Source: a virus
Taxonomy: Duplodnaviria; Caudoviricetes
Length of the DNA stretch: 28,993 nt
Virus record (IMG/VR): IMGVR_UViG_3300029983_000418
Coordinates: 1 to 28,993 of that record
Direction: 5' to 3' (one strand)
Below the pieces are notes generated by a model. It made no database searches and had not been told where the DNA came from. It saw only the letters and a program-made list of their open reading frames with translations. A program made the position numbers and the translations under genes. Positions 26,600-28,993 of the stretch are shown here, piece by piece. Numbering within the stretch: the stretch's first letter is position 1; each line of letters starts with the position of its first letter.

Positions 26600-28954
26600 G
26601 TGATAGAAGAGGTGATCACACCCCCTGAGCTACGCGGGGCGGCATTAGAACTAGGCAAGTGTACAGACCTAGAGGTCTGTATGGATGGCCCTGCGGGTTG
26701 TATAGCAGGTGAAACCAGAATATACAACCCGATCACCGGTACACATACGCCGATTAGGGATCTCTATAGAGATAGTATAGCACCAATAGTGCAAACGCTC
26801 AGAGGTGCTATACAAGCTGAGAAACCTTTTATAAAGGGAGTTGCAGATCTCTTTAGAGTGAGAACACGCTCAGGCCGGGAGTGTACTATTACTGGCAACC
26901 ATCTATTTCTGACACCGGGCGGGTGGCGCTACGCCTCTTCGTTGCAGATCGGTTTACCCCTTCTTGTATCCGCTTCACCCCTTCATCAGACCATTGAGGC
27001 GTCTTACCCCTCAATGTCTCTGCAAGATGCATGGCATTTGAGCCAAAAAGCTCAAGGTTATCAACATGATTGTTTTGCCTGTCATTATCACGGTGATGCA
27101 CAACTTCTTGCGGGTCAAGATATCGCCCTATCTTTGCCTCTACTACAAGGCGATGCTCACGCACATACCCGTGACGATCCTTATAGGGATGATCGGGGCT
27201 TTTTACGAGAATATACCCATCCTCATCTACCATACGCCCCCCTTTCCATGCCGGATTATTTTGCATCTTCTGTTCAAAGGGAATATAATCAATGTCATGG
27301 TCAACGAGAAACTTCTTTACTAACTGATGCTTTGTTCCAATACGACGGGCAATCTCAGATAGAGAAATGCCTTGTTGCGCCCATGCTATCACATTGTCCT
27401 GATGTTGATAGCATGCCCCTCCATGAGCCTTTGTCAGTTCAATACCCCTTCTCTTCAGTAAACCGGTTACGCGACGAGGGGGTAAGCCTAGCTCTTGAGC
27501 AGTCAAAACAGTGCTCTTCGTTCTCTGATACGACTCAAGAATACTCTGTATTTCCTGGTCAGATGCGTGATGATATCCTTTCATTTCATACCTCCAATAG
27601 TGATTATACAGCACAATGGGATACGGTATCAAGTATTGAGTACGTTCGTACTGATGAGTACTATGATCTCCATGTACCGCATGCACACCACTATTTAGCT
27701 GAAGGTATGTGGCATCACAACACTGGAAAAACGTTCGCGTGCTTATATAAAGTGCATATGATGCTTACGTATTTCCCCGGTACGAAGGCGCTTGTTGCAC
27801 GCAAAACAAGCGTAGCACTTGCCTCGACTGCTATCGCAACGTATAAATCGATGATCGATCCCCGTGAGGGCATTACCTTCTTTTCTGGCAACCGCATACG
27901 CCCCGCCGCATTTGAATACCCCAACGGTTCACAGATGATCCTCACTGGTCTCGATAAGCCTGAGAAGGTGAAGTCACTTGAGATCGACCTTGCCTACATC
28001 AATGAAGCAACTGAATGCGACTTGCAAGATCTAGAGTTTGTTCGTTCCCGTCTTAGACATGGGAAACTTCCCTATTATCAAGTCATCATGGACGTAAACC
28101 CGGAGGGGCCGTCACACTGGCTTAACTTGCGCATGAATAGCGGAGTGACAAAGCGGCTTGTCTCACGCTTTGAGGATAACCCCCGTTTCTATGACGCTGA
28201 TGGGCGGCTCACCCCCGATGGTGATATGTACATCAATAAGATCCTGGCAGGTTTAACAGGCGTACGCCTCATGCGTCTCTTCTATGGCAAGTGGGTAGGA
28301 GCAGAGGGTTCTATTTATGCCGATACGTGGGATAGACGCCGCAACGTTATCAAGCCATTCCGTATCCCCGCAGATTGGCCCCGCTATCTGGCGGTTGACT
28401 TTGGATTTAAACACCCCTTTGTCTGTCTCTGGATTGCCGTTGATCCTGATGGGCGGCTCATCTTGTACAGAGAGTGGTATAAAACAAACATGATCGTAGA
28501 AGATCATGCAAAAGTCATCAAGCGGCTATCGAGATGGGGACAACCGGGGGGAGAACCACCACCACGGCAGATTATTTGTGACCATGACGCTGAAGATAGA
28601 GCCACGCTAGAGCGGCATCTCGGCATGATGACCACCAAAGCCTATAAGGAAGTGCGCTCAGGTATCCAGGCTGTTCAAGCGCGTTTTCGTGATGCAGGAG
28701 ACGGACGCGCACGCTTTGAAGTCTTTGAGAATGCACTGGTTGAACGTGACGCTATTCTCGATGCTGAAAAGAAACCTATCGGCTTCATAGAAGAGGTCGA
28801 CTCATATGTATGGGCGATGAATCACGATGGGAGTTATAGAAATGATGAACCCGTAAAAGAGTATGATCATAGCTGTGATCCGGTTCGCTATATTTGCGCA
28901 CGTTTTGACCGTACGCCCGGTAAACCGACATATAAGAAGACGATATGGAAATAG
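26600..28954 (+). CDS. terL: Terminase large subunit (PBSX-like), intein-containing; 443 aa after splicing
   Basis: Spliced Walker A GPAGTGKT, Walker B AYINEATE, DVNP coupling motif, RNase H-like AVDFGF and DHSCDPVRY. Confidence 0.93.
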   Translation: MIEEVITPPELRGAALELGKCTDLEVCMDGPAGCIAGETRIYNPITGTHTPIRDLYRDSIAPIVQTLRGAIQAEKPFIKGVADLFRVRTRSGRECTITGNHLFLTPGGWRYASSLQIGLPLLVSASPLHQTIEASYPSMSLQDAWHLSQKAQGYQHDCFACHYHGDAQLLAGQDIALSLPLLQGDAHAHTRDDPYRDDRGFLREYTHPHLPYAPLSMPDYFASSVQREYNQCHGQRETSLLTDALFQYDGQSQIEKCLVAPMLSHCPDVDSMPLHEPLSVQYPFSSVNRLRDEGVSLALEQSKQCSSFSDTTQEYSVFPGQMRDDILSFHTSNSDYTAQWDTVSSIEYVRTDEYYDLHVPHAHHYLAEGMWHHNTGKTFACLYKVHMMLTYFPGTKALVARKTSVALASTAIATYKSMIDPREGITFFSGNRIRPAAFEYPNGSQMILTGLDKPEKVKSLEIDLAYINEATECDLQDLEFVRSRLRHGKLPYYQVIMDVNPEGPSHWLNLRMNSGVTKRLVSRFEDNPRFYDADGRLTPDGDMYINKILAGLTGVRLMRLFYGKWVGAEGSIYADTWDRRRNVIKPFRIPADWPRYLAVDFGFKHPFVCLWIAVDPDGRLILYREWYKTNMIVEDHAKVIKRLSRWGQPGGEPPPRQIICDHDAEDRATLERHLGMMTTKAYKEVRSGIQAVQARFRDAGDGRARFEVFENALVERDAILDAEKKPIGFIEEVDSYVWAMNHDGSYRNDEPVKEYDHSCDPVRYICARFDRTPGKPTYKKTIWK
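26889..27584 (-). CDS. HTH-HNH putative homing endonuclease (231 aa), antisense within the intein
   Basis: Two HTH-like repeats, NPAWKGG, DGYILV, EHRLVVE..GRYL...EVVHHRDNDRQNNHVDNL; GGAGG RBS 6 nt before ATG. Confidence 0.9.
   Translation of the reverse strand: MKGYHHASDQEIQSILESYQRTKSTVLTAQELGLPPRRVTGLLKRRGIELTKAHGGACYQHQDNVIAWAQQGISLSEIARRIGTKHQLVKKFLVDHDIDYIPFEQKMQNNPAWKGGRMVDEDGYILVKSPDHPYKDRHGYVREHRLVVEAKIGRYLDPQEVVHHRDNDRQNNHVDNLELFGSNAMHLAETLRGKTPQWSDEGVKRIQEGVNRSATKRRSATRPVSEIDGCQ
27591..27632 (-). promoter_or_regulatory. sigma70 promoter and RBS for the antisense HNH gene
   Basis: Minus strand reads TTGATA-18 bp-TATAAT-cactatt-GGAGG-tatgaa-ATG. Confidence 0.75.
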
Positions 28955-28993
28955 AAGAGAAGTCACAACCGTTTAAGTGGCAACCGGTTATCC

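Larger units (their letters stand above)
26699..27721 (+). mobile_element. Intein (341 aa) in the TerL Walker A motif
   Basis: Block A CIAGETRI, block B TGNH, block F YYDLHV, block G HHN followed by Thr+1. Confidence 0.93.

Noticed and set aside
26950-27600. In-frame LAGLIDADG domain, or terL being a pseudogene or misassembly
   Set aside because: No LAGLIDADG motifs are visible, the + frame is intact, and all splicing and terminase motifs are present
27585-27686. Longer 265-aa start for the antisense HNH
   Set aside because: The promoter and GGAGG RBS lie within this extension and point to ATG 27584
1-28993. tRNA, rRNA, integrase or IS elements
   Set aside because: None recognisable by eye; a covariance-model scan would be needed to exclude small RNAs

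Overview
Fragment of a tailed-phage or prophage genome, mostly + strand. It holds a replication module (initiator with an internal iteron origin, DnaB helicase), an SF2 helicase-DNA methyltransferase fusion, HNH and DUF262 genes, and about 40 small hypothetical genes organised by terminator/sigma70-promoter units. It ends with the packaging genes (probable terS, then terL). The standout is a 341-aa intein splitting the TerL Walker A motif. It has no in-frame endonuclease; instead a complete HTH-HNH endonuclease gene lies on the opposite strand inside it, with its own sigma70 promoter and RBS, while the + frame stays open. Also notable: a dense ~1.75-kb array of TGAAYA/TRTTCA motifs upstream of the packaging genes, an unannotated membrane-anchored C2H2 zinc-finger microprotein, and a GGCC-depleted central block. 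All calls are from reading the sequence by eye; counts are hand counts.
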